Of a stretch of DNA of 64,000 nt, positions 31,557 to 42,300 are shown one piece after another. Positions within the stretch are counted from its first letter, which is position 1, and the number at the start of each line of letters is the position of its first letter. The DNA comes from a virus. Below the pieces are notes generated by a model. That model was not told the origin of the DNA. It ran no database searches and was given only the letters and a program-made list of their open reading frames with translations. The translations under genes and the position numbers were made by a program. The stretch is from the IMG/VR virus record IMGVR_UViG_3300020204_000005. The stretch is one strand, 5' to 3'.

Positions 31557-32681
31557 TTATATTACGTATATTTGTCTTGGCATCGCGGTAAATTTCTTTT
31601 GTTTGTTTAGATTTTCCGCTAATAACGCTTCTCTTTCCATAACTTTTTCAGGTCTTAATCTTGTAAGTCGACCTTCCGCACCTACTAATTCCTCAATCAA
31701 TTTTGTTTTTTCATCTTTACCTTCAGTCGCTAATGATTGATAGTCCATAGTTAATTCACTATCAGGTGTTTTTATATTACCACTAAATTTACCTCTAACT
31801 TTAGACAAGGCTTCTTTAGCCGACGCAAAGAAATATCTACGAACCCAAATTTGTGCGGGGTTATTTAAATCCACCCAAGAAATTTTATCAAACGGAACAT
31901 CTGACGGTAACTTAATAATATCAGGATTATCTTTAAGACACTTATCCCTATCTGAAGTGCCAACATCATAATACCAATACCATACCTGACCTTTCCTTAA
32001 AGACCCGCTACCAAAATCAAATTTACCCCCAGGAACATTCATTAAATGAATCGCCTTTTTACCTTCGGGTAATGCGGTAATTCGATAAGTTAAATCACCA
32101 CCAATAATTCTTCTTTGTATGTTTATTTGTTGCATTCTAAGTAACATATCAAAAGCTGGCATCATAAAGTAACTTCCTCCCATATTCCCCATTTGGGCGA
32201 ATCCTCCCTGACCTCCGATACCTCCACCACCTAAAGTACCAAAAGACCATGGGTCAAATAAAAGGTTGTTCATTGGGGTCGGGGTAAACCATAATAATTC
32301 ATTAATTTCTCTACCCGCTGGTATTTCATATATTTGTTTACCTCTTTCGAGATTAAAAAAATCTTTTTTAAGTACATAATCACCACCCGCTTGCAAACCA
32401 ACAATTTTAGAATATGCGTAAGTATATCTTTCTTCATAATCTAAACTTTTTGTAATAAAAGCCCTTGATAATGACTGAGTATCAAGATTAAGATTATATA
32501 ACGAAGTCCATTGAGATTCGATTAACCAATCTTGAACATATTGAGAATAATCCTCAATAGATAATTCTAAAATTGAATCTAGTTGTTCATCTTCTAACTC
32601 AACCGACCTAAGAGGTGCTCCTAATGTATGTCTCAATTTAGTATATAGTTGAGTTCTTTCTGGTTCTGCGATAATTGACAT
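31557..32681 (-). CDS. neck / head-tail connector protein (T4 gp13-like)
   Basis: LRHTLGAPLRSVELEDEQLDSILELSIEDY, the gp13-like N-terminal pattern; FASAKEALSKVRGKF near C-terminus; TATTTATA upstream on minus strand (32695-32702). Confidence 0.75.
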   Translation of the reverse strand: MSIIAEPERTQLYTKLRHTLGAPLRSVELEDEQLDSILELSIEDYSQYVQDWLIESQWTSLYNLNLDTQSLSRAFITKSLDYEERYTYAYSKIVGLQAGGDYVLKKDFFNLERGKQIYEIPAGREINELLWFTPTPMNNLLFDPWSFGTLGGGGIGGQGGFAQMGNMGGSYFMMPAFDMLLRMQQINIQRRIIGGDLTYRITALPEGKKAIHLMNVPGGKFDFGSGSLRKGQVWYWYYDVGTSDRDKCLKDNPDIIKLPSDVPFDKISWVDLNNPAQIWVRRYFFASAKEALSKVRGKFSGNIKTPDSELTMDYQSLATEGKDEKTKLIEELVGAEGRLTRLRPEKVMEREALLAENLNKQKKFTAMPRQIYVI

Positions 32682-32702
32682 GTTGACTTTTTATTATAAA
32701 TA

Positions 32703-34241
32703 TCAACTTACTTCATAAATTAAATTCTCAATCGGGAAGGTATAGTTACCCTCAACTATTTTAGAATCTTTATTATTAAAAATTAATATACCTTTTTTAG
32801 GATTTGCGAATATAATCCAATCAGTATCATATTTCTTAACTTGTCCTGTATTAAAAACTGTTATATTCCCGTTATCGGTTTTTATATAACTAAAAGGTTT
32901 AATTTGTGAAGTTTTGGTTTCTCCATTGACGTTTACTTTACAATCAACACCCCCAATCATGTCTTCTTGACTACCTAAACCACCAATCCTTTCGATATTT
33001 TCCTCACCAAATTTCTTTTCAAGAACTTCTACAGTATAATCTTCCCTCTTATCACCTAAGTCATGTGTCAATCCTAAAGTCGACATTAAATTTTTGAACG
33101 TTCCTGAATTTTGATTAAATATTCTTGATTTATAATCATTTAAAAATCTTACAAATTTTTTAGTTTCACTTATTTGGACGTATGGTGGTTGACCTATAAT
33201 TTTTATTTCAGGTTTATTCATTGATTTTAAAACTTTATTAACATCAGTTAATAAAATACAAAAACAATTATAATTGGTGTTAAGTTTATTAATCACTGAC
33301 CTACCACTCCCTTCTAAATCATATATACCTGACATCTCACCTTCTTTGTACCCATTTTGACCATAATAATTATCGGGAAATACGTCTTTTAAAATTGAGT
33401 CAATGGCATACCGATAGGTTGTTTTAACTTTAGGATTAATGTTAAATACAAATCTGATAGCATCGTTCATCTCTTTACTACATTTCTCAGAAACACCTTC
33501 TTTTATTATTTGTCTAAACCCTACCGATTCATTTAATTTTGATGTCGATTTAGAATTAAATAACTTATTTACAAACTCCCAATTTACAGATTTCCAAAAG
33601 TTTTTAATATATTCATCTCTTTTATTTCTATATTTTAAATAATAAGCGTGTTCCCATAAATCAAGACCTAAAATAGGAAATCCTCCGTCTTGTACGACAT
33701 TCATTAATGGATTATCTTGGTTTGGTGTTGATATAATTTTTAAAGTGTTTTTATTATTTAGAACTAACCAAACCCATCCTGAACCAAATCTTTCTTTCGC
33801 TATTTCTTCAAATTTAGATTGGAATTTTTTATACGAACCAAAGTCTTTATTAATCCGATTCAAAACATCTCCAAAAGGTTTTTGAGTTTTAGGTGATAAC
33901 ATTTTCCAAAACAATGCGTGATTAAATGCACCACCAGCGTTATTTCTAATTGTTTTATCAAATTTACTGATAGTTTTAATAATTTCCTCTAACTCTAAAT
34001 CACCTCCTTTTTTCTTGGACAATGCTTTATTAAGTTTGTCTACATAACCCTTATAATGTTTATTATAATGGTATGACATGGTTTCGGAATCAATAAATTG
34101 TTTTAGTGCGGAGTAAGAATAAGGTAACTTCTCAATACCTATTTTTTTCATTTCAAACAAAAAGAACTTTTCATTTTCCTTTTGTTCTTGTAAGATTAAC
34201 GATTTATTTAAAATCTTAATCTTATTTTCAAATTTTTTCAT
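32703..34241 (-). CDS. sodA: Mn-type superoxide dismutase fused to a PD-(D/E)xK-like domain
   Basis: HYNKHY, RNNAGGAFNHALFW, FGSGWVWL, NQDNP, DLWEHAYY (all metal ligands present; GG/NQD Mn signature); extra about 270-aa C-terminal domain. Confidence 0.88.
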   Translation of the reverse strand: MKKFENKIKILNKSLILQEQKENEKFFLFEMKKIGIEKLPYSYSALKQFIDSETMSYHYNKHYKGYVDKLNKALSKKKGGDLELEEIIKTISKFDKTIRNNAGGAFNHALFWKMLSPKTQKPFGDVLNRINKDFGSYKKFQSKFEEIAKERFGSGWVWLVLNNKNTLKIISTPNQDNPLMNVVQDGGFPILGLDLWEHAYYLKYRNKRDEYIKNFWKSVNWEFVNKLFNSKSTSKLNESVGFRQIIKEGVSEKCSKEMNDAIRFVFNINPKVKTTYRYAIDSILKDVFPDNYYGQNGYKEGEMSGIYDLEGSGRSVINKLNTNYNCFCILLTDVNKVLKSMNKPEIKIIGQPPYVQISETKKFVRFLNDYKSRIFNQNSGTFKNLMSTLGLTHDLGDKREDYTVEVLEKKFGEENIERIGGLGSQEDMIGGVDCKVNVNGETKTSQIKPFSYIKTDNGNITVFNTGQVKKYDTDWIIFANPKKGILIFNNKDSKIVEGNYTFPIENLIYEVS

Positions 34242-34284
34242 ATGGCTATTAATAATATATCTATAAATAAGCCAATATTTTGAT

Positions 34285-36066
34285 TTATCTCAAACTGTTA
34301 ATTCTATTCATCATTTCCTCAACAACATCGGCCTTATCCAAATTGTCCCCCATGACGGTTTCAAAAATATTTTTCTTATTTGCTAAGATATCATAAATAA
34401 TCCCCTCAATAGTATTCTCAAATATTGGATAATAAACGGATACATTTGATTTTTGACCGTATCTATAAGCCCTATCTTCGGCTTGTGAGTGGTCAGATGG
34501 AACAAATGATAAGTCGTTCATAATAACCGCCTCACCCGCAGTTAAGGTTAACCCAACTCCTGCGGCTTTTAAGTTCCCAACAAAAACTTTTATTTTTTCG
34601 TTCTCTTGGAATTGGTCGACCGCATATTGTCTTTGTGGTTTACTTGTACTACCGTCTAATCTAACCGCTTGTTTTCCAAAATGGTCGGCAATTTTATTTA
34701 ATGTGTCGGTGAAATTTGTAAAAATTATTACCTTTTTATCTTGGTCTAAAATATTTTGAGCTAATTCTATAGTATTTTTTATTTTCTCTTCAGCAATTAC
34801 TTGTCTGACTTTCATAAGTTTAGAAAATTGAACAGTTAGTGAATTAGATTCTTCTTTTTTATTATCATACCAATCATAATATTCCCCCATTAAACCTTCG
34901 TAATGTTTTGATTTTAATCTTAAGTAAACAGGTGTAATGATTTTATCAGGTAAATCTAAGACCTCAGTCTTTAATCTCCTCAAAACTTGTCTTGAGGTTC
35001 TATCTCTTAATTCTTCTAAATTAGATGCTCCCGTAACGTTCCAAACTTTACGATTACCTGCTTTAAACTGATACCCTTGACAATATCTGATTGCGTAAGC
35101 CATCCAATTCTGAGCTACAGGACTTTCAATTAAATTTAATAAGTTAAAATAATTCATCGGTCTTGAGGTCATAGGTGTACCAGTAAGTAACCATAATCTT
35201 TCCGCCCTTTTACTAAAACTATTCACTAATTTGGTTCGTTGTGCCTGACCATTTTGGATGTAATGGGCTTCGTCAATTATAACCAAATCGGGATTAAATT
35301 GGTAAATCAAAGTGTTTTCTTTTTCTTTACCTGTATCATAAAAATTTCTAAGAATATCGTAATTAACAATTACAAAATCATGTTCTAAAGAGAAATTTTT
35401 ACTTTCCGCAATATAAACTGACCTATCAGTATAATTTGCAATCTCTCGTTGCCAATTTATTTTTAATGATGCGGGACATACAATTAGTATTCGTTTAGCT
35501 TTAGTCTCTAAAGCGGCAACTATTGTTGCGGTTGTTTTACCTAAACCCATATCATCCGCTAAGATAAATCTTTTTGAACCCGCAAGTTTTTCGACTGCAG
35601 GAATTTGGTGTGATAATAGAGGTCTATGAGAATATTTAGAATAATCAATCTCTACTTTTTCTACTTTATGAGTTTTCATTATCGCTCCTTTTGGTAACCA
35701 AAAATCGTGCAAAGATTCCGTTTCAAATACCTTACCCCAAATATGATATGATTTTTCTTTTTCAGTTAATAATTTCTCAACCCAAACTTGTTCAGGTATT
35801 GTGGTATAAAGTTTTTCATCAGCAATTTTTTTCGCAAAATACGGGTCCAACTCAACCCATTTTTTTGCCACTTTGGGTTGTGTCTCATGAAAATTTATAA
35901 TGTAATCCGATTGGGAACGGGTGGGGTAAAACTTTTTATTATTTTCTTTTTTATGTTTTAAATTTAATATAAAATTATTACTCCCTAAGTAGTTACCAAG
36001 AATTTCTAAAGCCCTCATCTCAATTAATGATGAGGTGTTACCTGTTATTACTTTATCTATTGACAT
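34285..36066 (-). CDS. SNF2-family helicase/translocase (SMARCAL1/HARP-like)
   Basis: LADDMGLGKT, IIDEAH, LLTGTP, GVGLTL, QAEDRAYRYGQ. Confidence 0.92.
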   Translation of the reverse strand: MSIDKVITGNTSSLIEMRALEILGNYLGSNNFILNLKHKKENNKKFYPTRSQSDYIINFHETQPKVAKKWVELDPYFAKKIADEKLYTTIPEQVWVEKLLTEKEKSYHIWGKVFETESLHDFWLPKGAIMKTHKVEKVEIDYSKYSHRPLLSHQIPAVEKLAGSKRFILADDMGLGKTTATIVAALETKAKRILIVCPASLKINWQREIANYTDRSVYIAESKNFSLEHDFVIVNYDILRNFYDTGKEKENTLIYQFNPDLVIIDEAHYIQNGQAQRTKLVNSFSKRAERLWLLTGTPMTSRPMNYFNLLNLIESPVAQNWMAYAIRYCQGYQFKAGNRKVWNVTGASNLEELRDRTSRQVLRRLKTEVLDLPDKIITPVYLRLKSKHYEGLMGEYYDWYDNKKEESNSLTVQFSKLMKVRQVIAEEKIKNTIELAQNILDQDKKVIIFTNFTDTLNKIADHFGKQAVRLDGSTSKPQRQYAVDQFQENEKIKVFVGNLKAAGVGLTLTAGEAVIMNDLSFVPSDHSQAEDRAYRYGQKSNVSVYYPIFENTIEGIIYDILANKKNIFETVMGDNLDKADVVEEMMNRINSLR

Positions 36067-36106
36067 TATATATCTATAAAAATAATAATTATTTAGATAT
36101 TTATCA

Positions 36107-36622
36107 ATGATGAATAATAAAGTCCCAATAACAAGAGTAGGAAAATTTTTTGGTTCCGATGATTATAACTTAGATTTATCTATAGGTGAAGAATGGTTAT
36201 ATGGTGACATGAATTTTACTTTAGTATTATACAGAATTGATAGAATCAAAACTAAAACTGATGATGTATACGGAGAATCTTTAAAAGACGGGATTAAATT
36301 TTTACCTCCTGTCGAATTTAAAGGTTATGTTCAAATAATGGCCCCTGAAAATAAAAATATTGGAACTTCTAAAGTTAACCAATTTGAGCCAGGTAATATA
36401 AAGGTTTCAGTTTATACTAAACACTTGGAGGAACTTGGTGTAGACATAAGTCATGGTGATTACCTTGGTTATTATGAAACTGAAGATAGAGTTAGATACT
36501 ATGTTGTTAACAATGATGGTAGGGTAATTTCAGATAATAAACATAATTACGCGGGATACAAACCGTACTATAGAACTATTATGGGTTCTGCAGTAACCGA
36601 TAATGAATTTAGAGGATTATGA
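36107..36622 (+). CDS. neck/head-closure protein (T4 gp14-like)
   Basis: EEWLYGDMNFTLVLYRID...DDVYGES; position between neck and tail terminator genes; TATTTAT at 36098-36104. Confidence 0.6.
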   Translation: MMNNKVPITRVGKFFGSDDYNLDLSIGEEWLYGDMNFTLVLYRIDRIKTKTDDVYGESLKDGIKFLPPVEFKGYVQIMAPENKNIGTSKVNQFEPGNIKVSVYTKHLEELGVDISHGDYLGYYETEDRVRYYVVNNDGRVISDNKHNYAGYKPYYRTIMGSAVTDNEFRGL

Positions 36623-38064
36623 AAATAGTACTAACAGAAACTCAAATATTAAAATTACTTGAAAGAGTTAATTCAGGTAAGGTTACTTGTGATAAATGTG
36701 GTCATAACAATTCTGAAGAAGATTATATCGGTAAAAACGTAATGGTTTATTATAATTTACACAAACATACATTTTCTGTTACATATAAATCTAAAGTTAT
36801 TTTACACGCCGATTACGTTAAACTTAAAGATGTTGAGTTTAGAGTTCGAGGAGGTGGTAAAGAAAAAGTTAGAAATGAAAAAAGAAAAAATGTTCATGCT
36901 TTTGTAATTGGTAAATTAGAAGATTATTGTGAGTTTCCTTGTAATAAAATACCCGATGAAAAATCGGATAAAGTAATTACATACGACCCATACAAATACG
37001 ATTCGTTTGTTTATAAAAATAGTAAAGAACCTGTATATAAAGCGAAAGAGGTCGATATGATTAATCATAAAAATAAAATTTTTGTAATTAATGAAATCAA
37101 ATCGAAAATAATTAAAGAATCTGAAGAAGAACAACCAACAAAATACACATATTTGACAATGGGTCTTTTTGAAAAGTTCAACACCAAAAGGTATTATTTT
37201 AATAAGATAGTTCCCGTTGTTGATGGCTCACCAATACCTAACAAAATTAAGATGTATGGTAGCGATGGTGATTTTGAATTTAATAAAGAAGATATTACTA
37301 TAAATCAAGATGAGGGGGTTGCCTTTATTAGTAAATCAACTATGGATAGTTTAAATCCTAATTTTAGTATGACTAATCATTCTAAATTATCCTCTTCAAT
37401 TGGGATTACTCCGTCAAACGTAAGACAGTCTTTAGAAATGGCCTTTCCTGATAATTGGAATAAAGGAGATAGTTTATATACTCCAGGTTTAAGAGGTGTG
37501 TACACTATAGGTGAAAAAATGGGGAACTCTGAAGAGGATTGGTCAATTATGAATTATTTTGATACTAAAGATGAAATACATAGTTTAATTTACTTAAAAT
37601 ATTTTGACGATATAAAATCAGGAAAAAATATTAACGATATCATCGAATGGATGTCCGATTTATTTAAAAATGAAGAATACACACAAATGTTAGTTGATAG
37701 ACAATGGAGCTCCATAAAAAATGGTTTAGAATTGGAAAAAATGTCTGTTAATAACTTTTTAGACAAGGTTGGGTCTTCTAATATCATTTATTATCCTCAT
37801 GGTTCTAAGATGGATAGGTGGTTAGGTGTTGACGTTACAATTGATGGTGTTAATTACCAAATTAAACCATTAAAGGGGTTTATTGTTAACGATGGTCTTT
37901 ACAGTGTTAGTACTTATGGTATGAGAGATTACACAACAAAAAAATCTGTAGATAAAATTGCGTTCTCAAGTAAATCAAAAACATTAATATTTGATAACAA
38001 AGATTATACAGTGATTAGTAAAACAAGAGTTGTTTTTAAAGAAGAACCGTTAATAATAGAATAA
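36619..38064 (+). CDS. multidomain protein: conserved phage domain (YYNLHK...KNVHAF) + PD-(D/E)xK-like domain paralogous to the SOD C-terminus
   Basis: FPDN...G.Y...S..N...T and GS..D...GVD...QIKP...IF.NKD shared with 32703-34241. Confidence 0.6.
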   Translation: MKIVLTETQILKLLERVNSGKVTCDKCGHNNSEEDYIGKNVMVYYNLHKHTFSVTYKSKVILHADYVKLKDVEFRVRGGGKEKVRNEKRKNVHAFVIGKLEDYCEFPCNKIPDEKSDKVITYDPYKYDSFVYKNSKEPVYKAKEVDMINHKNKIFVINEIKSKIIKESEEEQPTKYTYLTMGLFEKFNTKRYYFNKIVPVVDGSPIPNKIKMYGSDGDFEFNKEDITINQDEGVAFISKSTMDSLNPNFSMTNHSKLSSSIGITPSNVRQSLEMAFPDNWNKGDSLYTPGLRGVYTIGEKMGNSEEDWSIMNYFDTKDEIHSLIYLKYFDDIKSGKNINDIIEWMSDLFKNEEYTQMLVDRQWSSIKNGLELEKMSVNNFLDKVGSSNIIYYPHGSKMDRWLGVDVTIDGVNYQIKPLKGFIVNDGLYSVSTYGMRDYTTKKSVDKIAFSSKSKTLIFDNKDYTVISKTRVVFKEEPLIIE

Positions 38065-38065
38065 G

Positions 38066-39103
38066 ATGCCGTTACCAAAGAAAATAAAAAAATATATTCC
38101 ATTAACAGAGTCTAAAACTTTGTTACCTAGAAGACAAGAATTATTAGATAAAATTAATAAGGACGGTACCTATTTACCTAAATCAATTTTACATGCCGAT
38201 TTAGATAAAGGATTTTTAGAATTTGTTAAAGAAGAATTAAAGTGTGTTGTTGAGGGAACTACCATACCAATGGTCGATATAATAATCACAACACAAAATT
38301 GGTCTCAGTTTGTTGAAACTTGGGATTTTCAAAATATAGATAAAAATGCCGAACCTCCATTTCTGACAGTAATAAGAGTTCCTGAAGTTAAATTTGGGAC
38401 CAATCCTGCGGTTCTATACAACATTCCTAATAGAAGACAATATTTTTATGCTCAAGTACCAACTTGGGACGGTCAAAGAGCAGGTATGGACATTTATAAG
38501 ATACCCCAACCTGTTCCTGTGGATATAACTTATCAAGTTAAGATAGTTTGTAATAGAATGAGGGAACTTAATAGATTCAATCAGATTGTGATAGAAAAAT
38601 TTGCATCAAAACAAGCGTACCAAGTTATTAAAGGTCACTACATTCCTATTGTCATGGGTAATATTTCTGACGAATCTGTTATGGACATTGAGAAAAGAAA
38701 ATATTATATACAAACTTACGAATTTACAATGTTAGGTTTTTTAATTGATGAGGATGAATTTGAAATTTCTCCAGCAGTAACTAGATTACTACAGGTTGTT
38801 GAGGTTGATACTAAAACATCAAGAAGGCAAGTGAAGATGAATTCTAATATTGAAAAGGAACCTAATGAAGTTTTATTTGTTATCGGTAATGATACTATAT
38901 CACAAGTTTTTGATTATGTTGCCGATATTAAAATAGTTGGTTCTGAAAATATCAGTGAATATGATGTGTTTATAAACAACAATTATTATGGTACTGATAT
39001 TACGGATATACAAATCAATACCAATGATATTCTTAAATTTGTTATTAATAAAACCAATGTTAATTCAGAATCTAAAATATTCATATACGGAATCTTAATT
39101 TAA
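38066..39103 (+). CDS. tail terminator/completion protein (T4 gp15-like)
   Basis: LHADLDKGF, PVPVDITYQVKI, position immediately before sheath. Confidence 0.6.
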   Translation: MPLPKKIKKYIPLTESKTLLPRRQELLDKINKDGTYLPKSILHADLDKGFLEFVKEELKCVVEGTTIPMVDIIITTQNWSQFVETWDFQNIDKNAEPPFLTVIRVPEVKFGTNPAVLYNIPNRRQYFYAQVPTWDGQRAGMDIYKIPQPVPVDITYQVKIVCNRMRELNRFNQIVIEKFASKQAYQVIKGHYIPIVMGNISDESVMDIEKRKYYIQTYEFTMLGFLIDEDEFEISPAVTRLLQVVEVDTKTSRRQVKMNSNIEKEPNEVLFVIGNDTISQVFDYVADIKIVGSENISEYDVFINNNYYGTDITDIQINTNDILKFVINKTNVNSESKIFIYGILI

Positions 39104-39264
39104 TTCTCTCCGTAAATATCTTTCTTTTCTTTACATTTTTCAGTAATCATCTTTTCTAAGAAACGATACATTTTAATACCGTGTTTTTCACAATACTTTT
39201 TTAATAGGTCGTGAACCTCGGTTGATATCTTTAAATTCTTTATCTTTTTAACCTCTTTAGACAT
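39100..39264 (-). CDS. small ribbon-helix-helix-like DNA-binding protein (54 aa)
   Basis: Not in track; MSKEVKKIKNLKISTEVHDLLKKYCEKHGIKMYRFLEKMITEKCKEKKDIYGEN*; beta-strand KNLKI plus two helices; TATTTATA upstream on minus strand (39299-39306). Confidence 0.65.
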   Translation of the reverse strand: MSKEVKKIKNLKISTEVHDLLKKYCEKHGIKMYRFLEKMITEKCKEKKDIYGEN

Positions 39265-39386
39265 AGTAGAAAAAAGGCAGAATTTATTCTACCCAATTTA
39301 TAAATAGTTGCAAGAAAGTAAAGTATTTTGGTTTTTTAGTGAATATTTATCAATAAAATAAATTAACAAGCTAAATTAAAAAAATA

Positions 39387-42300
39387 ATGGCATCTAACAA
39401 CAAAGTATTCGTATCTCCTGGAGTGTATACATCTGAGGTTGATTTAAGTTTCGTAGCCCAAAGTGTTGGGGTTACAACGTTAGGTATCGTTGGTGAGACT
39501 TTAAAAGGTCCAGCATTCGAACCAATCTTTATTAGAAACTTTGATGAATTCACTACATTTTTTGGAGGAGTATCCCCTGAAAAATTCATTAATACACAAA
39601 TACCTAAATATGAGGGGGCTTATATTGCAAAATCATATTTACAACAATCTAACCAATTGTTTGTAACGAGAGTTTTAGGTTTATCAGGTTATGATGCGGG
39701 TCCTTCATGGACTATATCAACAAAGGCAAATGTTGACCCATCAACTGTAGGGTTTTATTGTGAAGACCCTGTTATTGAGAATTGTGAACCTAAATGTAAT
39801 GATTACTTAACAATTGACTACTCAATTGATTTCACAGGTTGTACTAATAGTGTGGACAGTATTAAATTTATCAACCCATCACAAATACCTGATGAAATTG
39901 CTGAAAAGATGAATTTACCCTATGAAAAATTTGATGGTAGTACGTCAACAATATATGGTGATATGACAAGTCAAATTATTGATATCTTAACTGATAATAC
40001 ATTAGAAACATCTTCAATATATTATTACGGAGCGATTTCAGGTGAAACTTATGATACATTATCACCAGTGTTTACCGCAGAAACTAATGTTTTTGGTGTT
40101 GACAATGTTAGTTCTTCATTAATAAATTTTTCAGCGTCAGTTAACGACCCTTGGTATTATGCAACTTTTGATAATATAGGTAATGCACTTTATAGTGGTT
40201 ATTCGTTTTGGAGTATTGTTACTGATTTGGCATTAATTCCTGTAACGACCACTACAACATTAACACCTTCAACAACTACTACAACTACTAACCCTTGTGT
40301 TACACCAATCCCAACATCAACTACTACAACAACAACTGCTAAACCTGTTAATTGTTATACAGGTAAGTTAATTGGTAGATTGTATATCTATTCAGGTACT
40401 GCATACACTGACTATGATGATTTAGTAATTGCAACATTACGTTCTAGAGGTTTAGCAACTTATGGCACTGATGACGGCGCGGTATATGAAGTTTCAGGGT
40501 TAACAGATGTTGAAATGGTTTGTGGTAATGAATATTCAGGAGTTACTAAAAACCCTTACTCAACTTTCGGTTTAAATGTTACAAATAAAAATGGTGAGAA
40601 ATTCTTCTTTGAAACATCGTTTTCTAATTCAGATACTAAATACTTAACTAAAGTATTTGGTTCGTCTAACTTCGCAAAACCTAAAGATGTAGTACCGTTA
40701 TTTGTTGAGGAAAGATTCCAAGCATTATTAAACTACGCGTGGAGAAAAGGTTATATTAGAGGATTAAATTGTGAATTAACTGCATTACCAAATGCTAGAC
40801 AAGGAAATGACCCAACATCAATCGCATGGTATTTAGAAAAATACCAATCACCGATGTCCCCTTGGGTTGTGTCTGAATTAAGAGGTAACAAAGTTTATAA
40901 ATTATTTAAATTCACAACAATTGCTGATGGTAACGAGGCTAACATAGAAGTTAAAATATCAATCGCAAATATTTCATTCAGTAATGGAACATTTGATGTG
41001 ATTGTTAGAGATTTCTTTGACTCAGATGCTGCCCCTTCAGTTATCGAAAAGTTTACTAACTGTTCAATGGACCCAGGCCAAAATAACTTTATTGCTAAAA
41101 AAATAGGAACTGTTGACGGTGAGTACGCGTTAAATTCTAAATATATTATGGTTGAGATAAACGAGGACGCTCCTGTAGACGCTTTACCTTGTGGATTTGA
41201 GGGATACCAATTTAGAGAATACGCGGGTGTAAGACCTCCATTCCCTATCTATAAAACTAAATATGACTTCCCTGGTGAAGTTGTATATAACCCACCTTTT
41301 GGTTTGTCTTCAGGAGCTGATGATATCGTAAGAAGTGCGGGTGATAACATTAGAAGAACATACTTAGGTATCTCAGATACAGTAGGATTTGACGTTGATT
41401 TTTATTCATATAAAGGTAAACAACTACCATTAGATATTTGTACTGATGTAACAGGTGATGATTGGTTCTATAAATCGAGAGGTTTCCACATGGACATAAA
41501 TGCTTCAGGTATAACAATTGGTAATGGTTTCATTACAAGTGGTACACCAGCATTCTTTGTAGGTTCTGCACCATTTACAACAGACCCTGAAGATTCTTCT
41601 AACCCATATTTTAGATTGTTTGCACGTAAATTTAGTTTACTATGTTCAGGTGGTTTTGACGGATGGGACATTTATAGAGAGAGTAGAACTAATGGAGATA
41701 AATTTGCATTAGGACAACCAGGTTATAGAAAAGGGTCATGTCCATCATTTAAATACCCAAGTGCTACAGGTTGGGGTGCGTTTAAACAAATTACTGTTGG
41801 TGACAACACACAAGATTGGGCGAACACCGACTATTACGCATACTTATTAGGTCAAAGGTCTTTTGCAAATCCTGAAGCGGTTAATATTAACGTATTTGTT
41901 ACACCTGGTATTGATTACGTCAATCACTCAAACTTAGTTGAAGACGCTATAGATATGGTCGAGAACGATAGAGCGGATTCAGTCTATATTTGTACAACCC
42001 CTGACTACAATATGTTTGTACCATCTACGGGTGACCAATTAGACTTTATTTACCCACAAGAAGCGGTAGATAATCTTGAGGAGGCAGGTTTAGACTCTAA
42101 CTATACCGCAACATATTACCCTTGGGTACTTACAAGAGATACCGTTAATAACACACAAATTTACATCCCACCAACTGCGGAAGTAACGAGGAACTTAGCG
42201 TTAACGGATAACATCGCATTCCCTTGGTTCGCCGCGGCGGGTTACACAAGAGGTATTGTAAACGCTATCAAAGCGAGAAAGAAACTTACTCAAGAAGATA

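Noticed and set aside
36685-36712. Single CDKCGH as a zinc ribbon
   Set aside because: Only one CxxC pair, insufficient for a zinc finger; may be a remnant but cannot be supported
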